In this document: piece after piece, positions 17,297-25,949 of the stretch
Position numbering within the stretch: position 1 is the stretch's first letter
How the letters are laid out: every line of letters starts with the position of its first letter
Assembly (NCBI GenBank): GCA_964427855.1
Contig: CAYRVH010000001.1
Span: 21,649-85,648 of the forward strand
Length of the DNA stretch: 64,000 bases
From: an uncultured Syntrophaceae bacterium
GTDB taxonomy: Bacteria > Desulfobacterota > Desulfomonilia > Desulfomonilales > Desulfomonilaceae
Reading direction: 5' to 3'
The notes under the pieces: generated by a model
The model's database searches: none
Told to the model about the DNA's origin: nothing
The model's input: the letters and a program-made list of their open reading frames with translations, nothing else
Made by a program: the position numbers and the translations under genes

Positions 17297-17755
17297 TCTT
17301 GGCCCGAAGGAGAGGATTTCTCAGTGGCCGCATGCCGCTTTGTGAGGCGCTGTTTCCTTGGAAATGACAACATAGGACCTGTCCTGGCGTTGCGCTCGAG
17401 TTCTATAACAGTTCTCGAAAGTGCTCACGAATTGAACGAGCTGGTCGTCATTATGGCCACTTTCCTCTTTGTCATTTCGAGCGAGGCGAAAAACCTTTGC
17501 GCGTCAAGAAGATTTCTCAGTCGCAAGGCTCCTTCGAAATGACATGGATGTCTCTGCGTTTCACGTTCGTTGGAGCCTGGCTCGTTCGAAATGATAAGAT
17601 TTCGGCTCTCCTGGCCACATAGCGGCTTTCGAAAGTACTCAATAACTCGATGATGCTGACCTCATTCCGACGGGAATTTCGAAAACCGCTCTGAAGTACT
17701 CACGAATCGACTATGTGCGTGTCATTCCCACAGAAGCTTCGAAAATCTGTAGATA
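17297..17755 (+). repeat. Family-A composite hairpin repeat, copy A1
   Basis: Contains GTCATTTCGAGCGAGGCG...AGATTTCTCAGTCGCAAGGCTCCTTCGAAATGAC (17471-17543) and downstream modules about 88% identical to copy A3. Pseudo-ORFs end in RFLSRKAPSK. Confidence 0.8.
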
Positions 17756-17772
17756 TTCTCCTTGTCTCAGAA

Positions 17773-19479
17773 TCAGAGAAACAGCGAGAGATAGCTAAAA
17801 TTTACTGAATCGAACAGTCCGCGGTCGGTGATTTTTATTTCCGGAATCGGCGTGAGCGCCATGAAAGAAAGGGTCGCAAAGGGGTGTTCCAAGGTGCAAC
17901 CAAGAGTTTTGGCTGCGGATACGAGCCCGTCCAAACCATTCCTGACGTCGTGAATGGGGCGGTCGGACATGAGGCCGGCAATCGGTAGAGGAAGACTGGC
18001 CAAAATTTCGCCATTCGCGGCTACCGCCATCCCGCCGCCTCGTCGCGCGATCTCGTGGGCGGCTAAAAGCATGTCTTTTTCCTCAACGCCAACGACTACA
18101 ATATTATGGGAATCATGGGCAACGGACGAAGCCAGCGCGCCGGTTTTGAGGCCAAAACCCCGGATCAACGCAATCGCATGGTTCCCCGTTCCTCTGTGCC
18201 GTTCAATCACTGCGATCTTCAGAGTATCGCTGTTGATATCACTCTTGAGGTATCCATCGACCACTCGGGCGCGATCAACGATTTTCCTGGTAATGATCTG
18301 ATCTGGAACAACTCCTATAATGTGGACGTGCTCGCGTTCGGCTTTTACCTCCAGGGAACCGACGTTGTCCCAGAGGATGTTAAATGAGCCCAAGGTCTTG
18401 TGATCTAAACTCGTGCTCAACGAGTTCAATAGAGTCCCTTGCTCGGCTATTTTTTTTCCGTTTGCGTACACCTCTACAATTGACATGTCTTCCAGCCTAT
18501 CCATCACAATGAAGTCTGCGTGGTATCCGGGCAGGATCGCTCCCAGGTCGCTGAGCCGAAAATACGATGCAGTGTTGATGGTGGCCATTTGAATGGCTTT
18601 TACGGGATGAACGCCGAGACTTATGGCTTTTTTCACGAGGCTGTTTATGTGGCCTTTTTCCTGTATGTCATGGGGATCAAGATCGTCCGTCACGAAAAAG
18701 CAGTTTCTTGAATCGTTTTCTTGAAGCAACGGCAGCAACGTTTCCATATTTTTTGCTGCGGAGCCCTCCCGAATCATAATCCGCATACCTTTGCGGAGCT
18801 TCTCCTGGGCTTCCTCAAGGGTCGTACATTCGTGATCAGATCCGATGCCGGCTATGATGTACGCGCAGAGCTGTTTTCCGGAGAGGCCCGGCGCGTGCCC
18901 GTCTTTTGGTTTGTCTCGAAAGACACAAATCTTCTCAAGCACTTCTTGATCACTTAGGAGAACCCCTGGATAATTCATCATCTCAGCCAGACCGAGCACG
19001 CGTTCATGGTCTTTGAAGAGTTCCATATCAAGATGCGTCAGTTCTGCGCCGGAGGTTTCAAAGGAGGTCGCAGGAACGCATGAAGGGAACATGACAAAGA
19101 CTCGGAGAGGAAGGCCCTCGCTCGAATCGAGGATGTATCGTATGCCGTTGACTCCGAGTACGTTGGCTATCTCGTGAGGATCGGTCACCACGGCCAGCGT
19201 TCCCAAAGGCAGCACATTGCGCGCAAATTCAGGAATATCCAGCATGCTGGATTCCAGGTGCACGTGGCCATCTATAAGTCCGGGGGCAACGTAACGACCC
19301 TTGAGATCCAGGGTCTTTTTCGCTGGATAGTCTCCAAAACCAATAAAAATGCCCTGATGTACGGCTATGTCGGTTTCATGAATGCTGCCGGAAAACACGT
19401 TTACGAGATGTGCATTTTTTAAAAGGAGATCTGCTGGCTCATTCCCCAAGGCAACTCGAATCTTCTCTGACAACTCCAT
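17773..19479 (-). CDS. ade: Adenine deaminase
   Basis: 568 aa with N-terminal ...VAPGLIDGHVHLESSML and overall amidohydrolase pattern. AAGGAG RBS. Confidence 0.9.
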   Translation of the reverse strand: MELSEKIRVALGNEPADLLLKNAHLVNVFSGSIHETDIAVHQGIFIGFGDYPAKKTLDLKGRYVAPGLIDGHVHLESSMLDIPEFARNVLPLGTLAVVTDPHEIANVLGVNGIRYILDSSEGLPLRVFVMFPSCVPATSFETSGAELTHLDMELFKDHERVLGLAEMMNYPGVLLSDQEVLEKICVFRDKPKDGHAPGLSGKQLCAYIIAGIGSDHECTTLEEAQEKLRKGMRIMIREGSAAKNMETLLPLLQENDSRNCFFVTDDLDPHDIQEKGHINSLVKKAISLGVHPVKAIQMATINTASYFRLSDLGAILPGYHADFIVMDRLEDMSIVEVYANGKKIAEQGTLLNSLSTSLDHKTLGSFNILWDNVGSLEVKAEREHVHIIGVVPDQIITRKIVDRARVVDGYLKSDINSDTLKIAVIERHRGTGNHAIALIRGFGLKTGALASSVAHDSHNIVVVGVEEKDMLLAAHEIARRGGGMAVAANGEILASLPLPIAGLMSDRPIHDVRNGLDGLVSAAKTLGCTLEHPFATLSFMALTPIPEIKITDRGLFDSVNFSYLSLFL

Positions 19480-19730
19480 GATGTGCTCCTTTGTTCAAAA
19501 ATATGTCGAAGTGTTTAGGGAAGGACTCGTATAGAGAATACACATTGAAAAATACCTTGTCGACGTAGAAACAACCCCGAGTTTCTTTAAAAAATATGCA
19601 CCAAAGAGCAGTAGTTGGGGAAACAGCCCTGCTTTTTGGTGTGTAGTGCGCTGTAAGCCTTGTTCTGTCCTGCCAAGGATTGCCTTGACGCCCTCTGCGA
19701 TGACAAACAGGTTTTTTCGGAAGTCCTTCC

Positions 19731-20008
19731 GAATTCGACGTCGTGGTCGTCATTTCGACCGCTTTTTCTCTGCCATGTTGAGCCGTCCTTTTCTTTTATT
19801 TCGAGCGACGCGAGAATTCTTGACCAGAGACGAAGATTTCTCAGTCGCAAGGCTCCTTGAAATGACATGTCCTCGAGCCCTCTCACTCTCGTTTGCGCCT
19901 CGCTCCTTCGAACTGACTAGATGTCGACACTTGCGGCTCCATGCGGGTTCCGAACGTACTCGTTCACTCAATGAGGCGGACCCCATTCCGAAGCACATTT
20001 CAAGGACC
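19731..20008 (+). repeat. Family-A composite hairpin repeat, copy A2 (more diverged)
   Basis: Starts GAATTCGACGTCGTGGTCGTCATTTCGACC (compare A3 GAATTCGATATCGTGGTCGTCATTTGGACC). Core ...AGATTTCTCAGTCGCAAGGCTCCTTGAAATGAC at 19834-19866. Confidence 0.7.
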
Positions 20009-20172
20009 GATATAAATCGTCCGTCTTTTTTATTTTCAAAATAATACCTTGGGAGGTGCATCTCACCTTTACAAGCAATTTTCCGCTTGTCATATCAGAA
20101 AAACCACCAGCCACCGTCACCTCATAAATCAACGACCACCAATTATGGGGGAATGTCCATTTTTTAAGAGGC

Positions 20173-20201
20173 TTGACGAGGACCTTTTTCGATGTTACTA
20201 A
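20173..20201 (+). promoter_or_regulatory. Candidate sigma70 promoter (TTGACG-17-TACTAA with TGn extended -10)
   Basis: TTGACG 20173-20178, 17-nt spacer ending TGT, TACTAA 20196-20201. Faces the gene-ambiguous 20.2-20.85 kb stretch. Confidence 0.4.
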
Positions 20202-20302
20202 CGAGGCGTCTGGGCGGCTAGCTTCCCTTGGCCGGCATTGACGGGAGAAGGGCGCGAGCCGAATGTAAGCGACCGGAGGCGACGACTGTCTCGTAGAGGA
20301 GG

Positions 20303-20800
20303 TTGACGACGCAAAGAGTGAACGGTTTGGTTATCCGAAGCGCCTTCGCTCATATTCTTATGATCCTGGCCATGACGTCTAACATCATGGCTGGCGCGAA
20401 AGTGTTTTGTAATGGTCACCAGTCCGTTGTTGCATCGAATCGCCAGGTTATCCCTTCTCTCTCCGCTGTTTGGGCTGACGATCTCAACGCCGTAACTCAG
20501 CCGACGGAAATGGTCGTCACTTTGCAGAACAGCGCTTCGGCGCCGCGTTGCTCCTGCCAAAAACCAAAAAGCTGCATGCCGGTTTTGCGACTCATGCTCA
20601 CAGGGAACCCTCTCCAGCGGTTCAATGAAGAGCAGCGAATCGCTCGGTCAGTGTCCATTGACGTAAACGATTCACTTGATCCGATCGACTGGTCTTGGCA
20701 GGGGTGTTGCGGTCCCCCGCAATCGGTGCTGAGCAAAAAATCACTCACATACGCGCTTCATGACAACATATTATCTCTCGCCTGTGTACTTCTAATTTGA
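20303..20800 (+). CDS. Doubtful 165-aa ORF (TTG start) in otherwise ambiguous region
   Basis: Longest ORF here, but no ATG+RBS, no recognisable family, and two comparably long ORFs on the opposite strand. Could be non-coding. Confidence 0.25.
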   Translation: MTTQRVNGLVIRSAFAHILMILAMTSNIMAGAKVFCNGHQSVVASNRQVIPSLSAVWADDLNAVTQPTEMVVTLQNSASAPRCSCQKPKSCMPVLRLMLTGNPLQRFNEEQRIARSVSIDVNDSLDPIDWSWQGCCGPPQSVLSKKSLTYALHDNILSLACVLLI

Positions 20801-20986
20801 TCCGACCCTCGGAACATTTTTGTTTTCAAAAGCATAAAATTCCAGTGCTCATTGTTGAGTAAAAATAGCAAGACGCGCGCGGGTTTTGTGTACCCGCACG
20901 GTATGAAAACCACAGAGCCGGTAAAGGTGCATGGCTGGACGATGCATGTTGCCGAAGCCCTTCATTCAAAGATTTTTGGAGGTAAT

Positions 20987-21445
20987 ATGAAACAGAGAAT
21001 TTTTCAGAAAGTCACCTTAGCTCTCGTCGTTTTTTGTTGCGTATTCACAATAGACGCCGTGGGGATAGCAGCCGCTGAGCCCAAGATAAATTTGGATGTG
21101 CTGTTGGCCCAACGTGTACCCATTTTGCTCGAATTTGGGAAAGGTTGGTGCATCCCCTGCAAATACATGAAACCGATCCTCGATGACATGGCCAACCTCT
21201 ACAAGGGCAAGGCCATTGTGTTGGCAGTGGACATGGATGTAAACCGAGATTTGGTCCGTAAATTCAATATTCGGATCATGCCCACGCAGGTATTTCTGCT
21301 GCCTAATGGCAATGAATTTTTTAGGAATGAAGGTACGTTGGAACGAGAGCATATTGCCCAAGTATTCGCCAAGATGGGGCTGCCTACGCCTCCTCCGCTG
21401 GCCGGAAGAGCGCCTGGCGCGGTTACTCAGACGCCGGTCCGCTGA
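20987..21445 (+). CDS. Exported thioredoxin-domain protein (WCIPC)
   Basis: MKQRIFQKVTLALVVFCCVFTIDAVGIAAA signal, then LLEFGKGWCIPCKYMKPIL. GGAGG RBS before ATG 20987. Confidence 0.8.
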   Translation: MKQRIFQKVTLALVVFCCVFTIDAVGIAAAEPKINLDVLLAQRVPILLEFGKGWCIPCKYMKPILDDMANLYKGKAIVLAVDMDVNRDLVRKFNIRIMPTQVFLLPNGNEFFRNEGTLEREHIAQVFAKMGLPTPPPLAGRAPGAVTQTPVR

Positions 21446-21522
21446 GCGAATTGGCCCCTCGCAAGATGAGCCGTAACAGAACCTTAAGCTATTAATCAGT
21501 TTTCTGTAAGGAGTTTTAGCGT

Positions 21523-22233
21523 ATGGAATCGATGTTTGCCATGGTCGAGCAACTGGTGTCCTCTGGATCCATTTGGCTTGCCGCCTCCGGTTCGTTTGTG
21601 GGGGGCGCGCTGACCGCCATGAATCCGTGTGTCATCGTGATGGTTCCTTTGCTCATCGGATTTATCGGTGGTATTGACGAGGAAATGAGCGCAGGGAGGG
21701 CGTTTCTTTTCACGCTTGTGTTCATCCTGGGGTTTAGCATCGAGTTGGCCTTACTTTTCTCTGTGGGACTCGCGGCGGCGCCCTTTCTTCAGTCAGAGTA
21801 CATGGTGTACGTGGTTGCCGGCATCTGCGTTCTCCTGGGTCTCCATTTTATGGGCCTCGTTCACATTCCGTTGCCCATATCCCAAGATATGCTCCCCCGG
21901 TACACCGGCTTCTTGGGCGCGGGAATATTTGGATTCCTTTTCGGATTGGTCTCCCTCCCGTGCACCGGTCCGGCGCTCCTACTTATCGTGAGCATAATCC
22001 CCCTCAAAGGGCCGCTTTACGGAGGGATGATGATGTTATTTTATGGGATTGGTCACAGCCTACTTATCCTGGCAGTAGGCACGTCTGCAGGGGCTGCAAA
22101 GCGTCTGATTGGGTCGCGCAGAACTCACACGCTGAATAAGGTGGTCAAGGTGGCAGCCGGGGCTTTATTGGCAGGCGTTGGCGTGTACATCGGCGTCGGG
22201 GCGTTGCTCCCGAATCTTGGCATAGGCATATAA
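21523..22233 (+). CDS. ccdA: Cytochrome c biogenesis/thiol-disulfide transporter CcdA (DsbD core family)
   Basis: Six-TM protein with the two conserved Cys in PC contexts (MNPCVIVMVP, SLPCTGPAL). AAGGAG RBS. Confidence 0.85.
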   Translation: MESMFAMVEQLVSSGSIWLAASGSFVGGALTAMNPCVIVMVPLLIGFIGGIDEEMSAGRAFLFTLVFILGFSIELALLFSVGLAAAPFLQSEYMVYVVAGICVLLGLHFMGLVHIPLPISQDMLPRYTGFLGAGIFGFLFGLVSLPCTGPALLLIVSIIPLKGPLYGGMMMLFYGIGHSLLILAVGTSAGAAKRLIGSRRTHTLNKVVKVAAGALLAGVGVYIGVGALLPNLGIGI

Positions 22234-22312
22234 ATTAAGTATAGTTTTCAATAATCGAGGAGGCGGCGTAGATAACACGATTTGCCTCTTTTTGTGAGGC
22301 CCACGTCGAGCA

Positions 22313-22795
22313 ATGGATCACTCTCGTAAAATATACATACTCTTGATCTGCCGGCTTTTTATTGGGGTCTTGTTTGTAGCTGCAAGCATCCATAAGATCG
22401 TGGATCCGGCGGAATTTGCGGTGTCTGTGAGAAATTACATGATCGTCCCTTCGTCTTGGAGCAACCTCATAGCCTTGACGCTCCCGTGGGTGGAGCTCCT
22501 CGCCGGAGCGCTGTTGATTATCGGCATCCAGACAAAGCCTGCCGCTTTGTTGACGACTCTGATGCTGGCTGTATTCCTGGGCGCCGTGATCTATGCGTAT
22601 GCGATAGGCCTCGATATAGACTGCGGTTGTTTCAGCTCGAGCAGCTCTTCTGAAGGCAGGGTTGGCGTGTATCACATCGTGCGCGACGCGGTATTGCTCC
22701 TCATTTCCGCGGCGGTGTTGTTCCTTGATCTCGGTAAAAACAGTGTGGTAAATTTTGTTATGGCCCGGCGTGAGGTTCGGTCTCGAACCGCATGA
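22313..22795 (+). CDS. MauE/DoxX-family membrane protein
   Basis: Four predicted TM helices and a CGCF motif (LDIDCGCFSSS), typical of MauE-like proteins. Confidence 0.75.
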   Translation: MDHSRKIYILLICRLFIGVLFVAASIHKIVDPAEFAVSVRNYMIVPSSWSNLIALTLPWVELLAGALLIIGIQTKPAALLTTLMLAVFLGAVIYAYAIGLDIDCGCFSSSSSSEGRVGVYHIVRDAVLLLISAAVLFLDLGKNSVVNFVMARREVRSRTA

Positions 22796-22924
22796 GATGA
22801 GGAAATTTGGTAGTATTTCACGAAATGAAAAAAAGCGCGGCCGGCGCTTCAGTTCACATGAAAGACTATACCGTAGGCGGCACGCCCCAGGCCGCTCCCA
22901 TGAGCCATAGAAAGGAGATCGACA

Positions 22925-23347
22925 ATGTCTAATGACTGCTGCGGCAGCGGAAATCAAATCATGCTTCTGCCTTGTTCCGGCGCATCGAATCTCGGACAGC
23001 TTGCCAACCAGGCTGCCGTGGAATTGACGAGGGAGGGGTATGGAAAGATGTTCTGTTTGGCGGCTATCGGCGCAGGCCTGCCGAACTTCGTCAAATCGGC
23101 CCAGACTGTGCCGACATTAGTAGCCATCGACGGTTGCCAGGTGGCGTGCACAAAGCATCTGCTGAATAAGGCAGACGTACCTATAGGATCTTACGTTGTT
23201 GTCCAAGAGCTCGGCATCGAAAAAAATATGAATACCATTTTAGATCCCGCACAAGTGGAAAAGGTAAAAGAGGCGGTAAAAAGTCTCGGCGCGCAGCCAT
23301 GCTGCAGCGCCTCTGAACAGGCCGCCAACTCGACATGTTGCGGCTGA
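22925..23347 (+). CDS. DGC-domain putative zinc-binding protein
   Basis: MSNDCCGSGNQIMLLPCSGASNLGQLANQAA...AIDGCQVAC...; Cys-rich termini. AAGGAG RBS. Confidence 0.7.
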   Translation: MSNDCCGSGNQIMLLPCSGASNLGQLANQAAVELTREGYGKMFCLAAIGAGLPNFVKSAQTVPTLVAIDGCQVACTKHLLNKADVPIGSYVVVQELGIEKNMNTILDPAQVEKVKEAVKSLGAQPCCSASEQAANSTCCG

Positions 23348-23383
23348 GGTCTCCCCTGATAGTTTGCCACAGGAAGGTTACAC

Positions 23384-23908
23384 ATGCTTCTCGAGAGCTA
23401 CCGAAAAGAAATGTTTCGGCCGAAATGCAATCCGAGCTTCCAGTCTGTACATTGCGTGGCGCATTTGGATCAGGACATATCTGAAGTGCTGCCGTATCTC
23501 AATACCACGTTAGGCGGAGACAGCTATGCGAAGGATCCGCCGGCTCTGACCTTGAGGGTCCATGGGAAACTCATCAGCCTTCACGCAAAGGACATCTTCA
23601 TCAACGCCCTCTCTGACGATGAAGAGGCGGAGAAGATACTGTCATGGCTCAAAAAAGAGATCAACGAAACGTGGGAAAAGCGATCGGAAATTCAGCCCAC
23701 CTTTTCGACCCCAGAAACCCCGAAGATGATAGAAATCCTCAAGCTACTTCCTAAAACCAACTGCAGGAAGTGCAATGAGCCAACATGTATGGTATTTGCC
23801 GTGCAGGCAGCTCAGGGTCTGAAGACTGCTGAAGACTGCCCCGAAATGGATGCCGAACAGCGTGTGAGGCTCAGCGACTACTTGTCTAGATTTCATTTCG
23901 ATGTGTAA
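23384..23908 (+). CDS. Protein with C-terminal putative Fe-S cluster domain (CxxCx4-5C...C)
   Basis: ...LLPKTNCRKCNEPTCMVFAVQAAQGLKTAEDCPEM resembles the 'FeS' domain found in RnfB/CODH-associated proteins. The N-terminal domain is unassigned. Confidence 0.65.
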   Translation: MLLESYRKEMFRPKCNPSFQSVHCVAHLDQDISEVLPYLNTTLGGDSYAKDPPALTLRVHGKLISLHAKDIFINALSDDEEAEKILSWLKKEINETWEKRSEIQPTFSTPETPKMIEILKLLPKTNCRKCNEPTCMVFAVQAAQGLKTAEDCPEMDAEQRVRLSDYLSRFHFDV

Positions 23909-24007
23909 TCGGCCGTTGCAACGCGCGTTCGTGCAATGCAGGGTGGAGCGCGTGGAAATACGCGCATACGCATGGCTGCCTACAAAAAAACGTTACTATA
24001 GCGCCAC

Positions 24008-25852
24008 ATGGGTTGCGCTGCGAGCGGTGAGGTGATGACAGAAAGTGACATACAACAAAGCAGTTCCACTGAAGCAGGATCCGGCGGCAGGAACAACAGC
24101 GCGGTTGTACGCATGCTGAAAAGAGTAGGTCGAGCGCTGTGGTTTTTGTGCCGCAAGAGCGCGTACGTCGCATTTCTCATCGCCGCGGTGGTGATCCTTC
24201 TGATAGCACTGAATAAAGCAGCGGAGATCGCTCTCTGGAAGTCTCCCATGTCGTATGTCTATCCCGACAATCTGGAGATGACCAAAAAAGATCTGACAAA
24301 ACCGGTGTCTCAATACGACTATGACCTCAACCCGCGTGTATGCCTTATCTACAACCAAGAGAAGGGAAATAGATATGAATACGCCAACAATGCGGGATTC
24401 AGAGATCCGAGAGACATCCCCTCGCCAAAACCTGACGATGAATATCGCATCTTTCTGACGGGGGGATCCACGGCCTTTGGGCTTGGCGCGGCAGGTCAGG
24501 CCGCAGCCCTCACGAATCATTACTACCTCGAACATCGTGAGACCATAGCCTATTTACTTGAAAAGATACTTAACGCCACCGCGCCAATACCGGGCAAGAC
24601 AATCCGGGTATATAATACTGCGGTATGGGGTTATGCGTATCAGCACCTTTTACTGAGGTATGTGGCAAAACTCAGGCATTACAGGCCCGATATGGTGGTG
24701 TCTCTGGACGGGGCGAATGAAATCCATCCCGTAAGCATCCCCGAGCGAGATTGGAATTATTTTAATCAGGGGCAGTTCCACGGTATTCTGAAAGAAATCC
24801 TGGCGTACACGCCGGATGGTCTCGGCGCGTACATGACTTTATGGCTTAAAAACAATACTTTCCTCATGGCGTTCATCTGGCGGGGGTTAGATCCCTTCTT
24901 CTCTATGGAGACAGGGTTGCGGTTGCACCAGGGCGAGGCGCTGGCACCAGATCCGACCGGCAAAGTCCTCGGGATGACCCCAGAACAACGCTCCAAGATG
25001 GTGACGGACAATGTGAGTACGGTGGTTCGCGTGGTGGAGGACTACCACGCGGTGTTGGAAAACGACGGCATCCCCCACATTTTTGCCTTGCAGCCAATGC
25101 TTTATTGCAGCAAGAAGCCTCAACATGAGATGGAGCAAAAGGTTGCCCAATTGGAAGAGCACCGCCAATACTACGACGTTCCTACTGACGGCATTTACGA
25201 ATATATCTGCGAACGGATTAGAGACAGCGCTCGACAAAAGCCTTATTCCATAATCGATTTCAGCCATTATTTCGACGATACATCTCAATGGGTCTTTACG
25301 GATTGGTGCCATGTGACAGCAGGCGCCAACTACCTTATGGCCAAGGAATACGCCAACGTCATCAAGCAGTACTTCTTCAACAAACCATTGACCGACGGCG
25401 ACCTCATCGATTCCAAAGACAGCTTTTTTGCCATGCCTGCCACAGGCGCCAAGATTGTGTATGCGCCAGAGCCCATCGACTGGCAGCATGTCCCTCAAAA
25501 CATGCTGAGGGGCTACCCTGGGCGTGCGTCCTACACGTCCAAAGATGTGGCGCGGGAAGGAAAATTAGAGGTCATCCTGGACTTGAATGCAGTTTACAAA
25601 TTGAGCCGACTCAGGTTGGTTTGGAATGACGAGTCTTCGGTTCCTGCCGAATGGGCGGTGGACATATCGCCCGACGGAAATGAGTGGACGGTATGGGTTG
25701 AGGGCGCCAACAAAGAGCTGGACAATTACTCCTGGTGGCCGGGTTATGAGTATTTTGGGAGCGCGCCCGTGCAGGCGCGGTTTTTGCGGTACCGGCCGGT
25801 GAAATCAGAGCATCGAGCGATAGGTCTGAAATCCTTCAACGTGTATCGGTAG
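24008..25852 (+). CDS. Membrane-anchored SGNH/GDSL-like protein with C-terminal discoidin (F5/8 type C)-like domain
   Basis: TM helix (VAFLIAAVVILLIAL). SGNH-like blocks are IFLTGGSTAFG, SLDGANEIHP and FTDWCHVT. The C-terminus is LSRLRLVWNDESSVPAEWAVDISPDGNEW...ARFLRYRP. Exact start uncertain. Confidence 0.65.
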   Translation: MGCAASGEVMTESDIQQSSSTEAGSGGRNNSAVVRMLKRVGRALWFLCRKSAYVAFLIAAVVILLIALNKAAEIALWKSPMSYVYPDNLEMTKKDLTKPVSQYDYDLNPRVCLIYNQEKGNRYEYANNAGFRDPRDIPSPKPDDEYRIFLTGGSTAFGLGAAGQAAALTNHYYLEHRETIAYLLEKILNATAPIPGKTIRVYNTAVWGYAYQHLLLRYVAKLRHYRPDMVVSLDGANEIHPVSIPERDWNYFNQGQFHGILKEILAYTPDGLGAYMTLWLKNNTFLMAFIWRGLDPFFSMETGLRLHQGEALAPDPTGKVLGMTPEQRSKMVTDNVSTVVRVVEDYHAVLENDGIPHIFALQPMLYCSKKPQHEMEQKVAQLEEHRQYYDVPTDGIYEYICERIRDSARQKPYSIIDFSHYFDDTSQWVFTDWCHVTAGANYLMAKEYANVIKQYFFNKPLTDGDLIDSKDSFFAMPATGAKIVYAPEPIDWQHVPQNMLRGYPGRASYTSKDVAREGKLEVILDLNAVYKLSRLRLVWNDESSVPAEWAVDISPDGNEWTVWVEGANKELDNYSWWPGYEYFGSAPVQARFLRYRPVKSEHRAIGLKSFNVYR

Positions 25853-25949
25853 AGCCCCTAGGCATCCGGCCGTTCGCTTTCAGCTTCTCGGAATCTCTGT
25901 TCGGGGCGAGGTTCGCATGTTTTGTGCACATGAGCCTGTGTCATACCTT

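Noticed and set aside
17297-17755. CRISPR array, or real protein genes, in the repeat regions. This applies equally to 19731-20008, 42144-42455 and 46722-47115, whose ORFs end in RFLSRKAPSK.
   Set aside because: The repeats are imperfect palindromic modules without unique spacers of regular length, and no cas genes are present. The same peptide recurring in unrelated 'ORFs' reflects the repeat, not coding.
19480-19640. Possible purine riboswitch in the 5' UTR of adenine deaminase. The minus strand contains GUUUCUAC, reminiscent of the J2-3 core.
   Set aside because: The flanking sequence lacks the other conserved purine-riboswitch elements (UAUAAU P1/J1-2, L2 AUAUGG, CCGUAAA P3 loop, GACUAUG). 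Only an AGAAAC/GTTTCT hairpin is present.
20200-20800. RNase P RNA, tmRNA, 6S/SRP RNA or a group II intron in the gene-ambiguous stretch.
   Set aside because: Hallmark strings are absent on either strand: GGAAAGUCCGG for RNase P, a tmRNA 3' tRNA-like end or tag ORF, and the group II 5' GUGYG plus domain V consensus.
22828-22852. Terminator-like hairpin AAGCGC-GGCCG-GCGCTT between the MauE-like and DGC genes.
   Set aside because: The U-tract is only on the minus strand, where there is no upstream gene to terminate. On the plus strand it lacks a U-tract. Not reported as a terminator.
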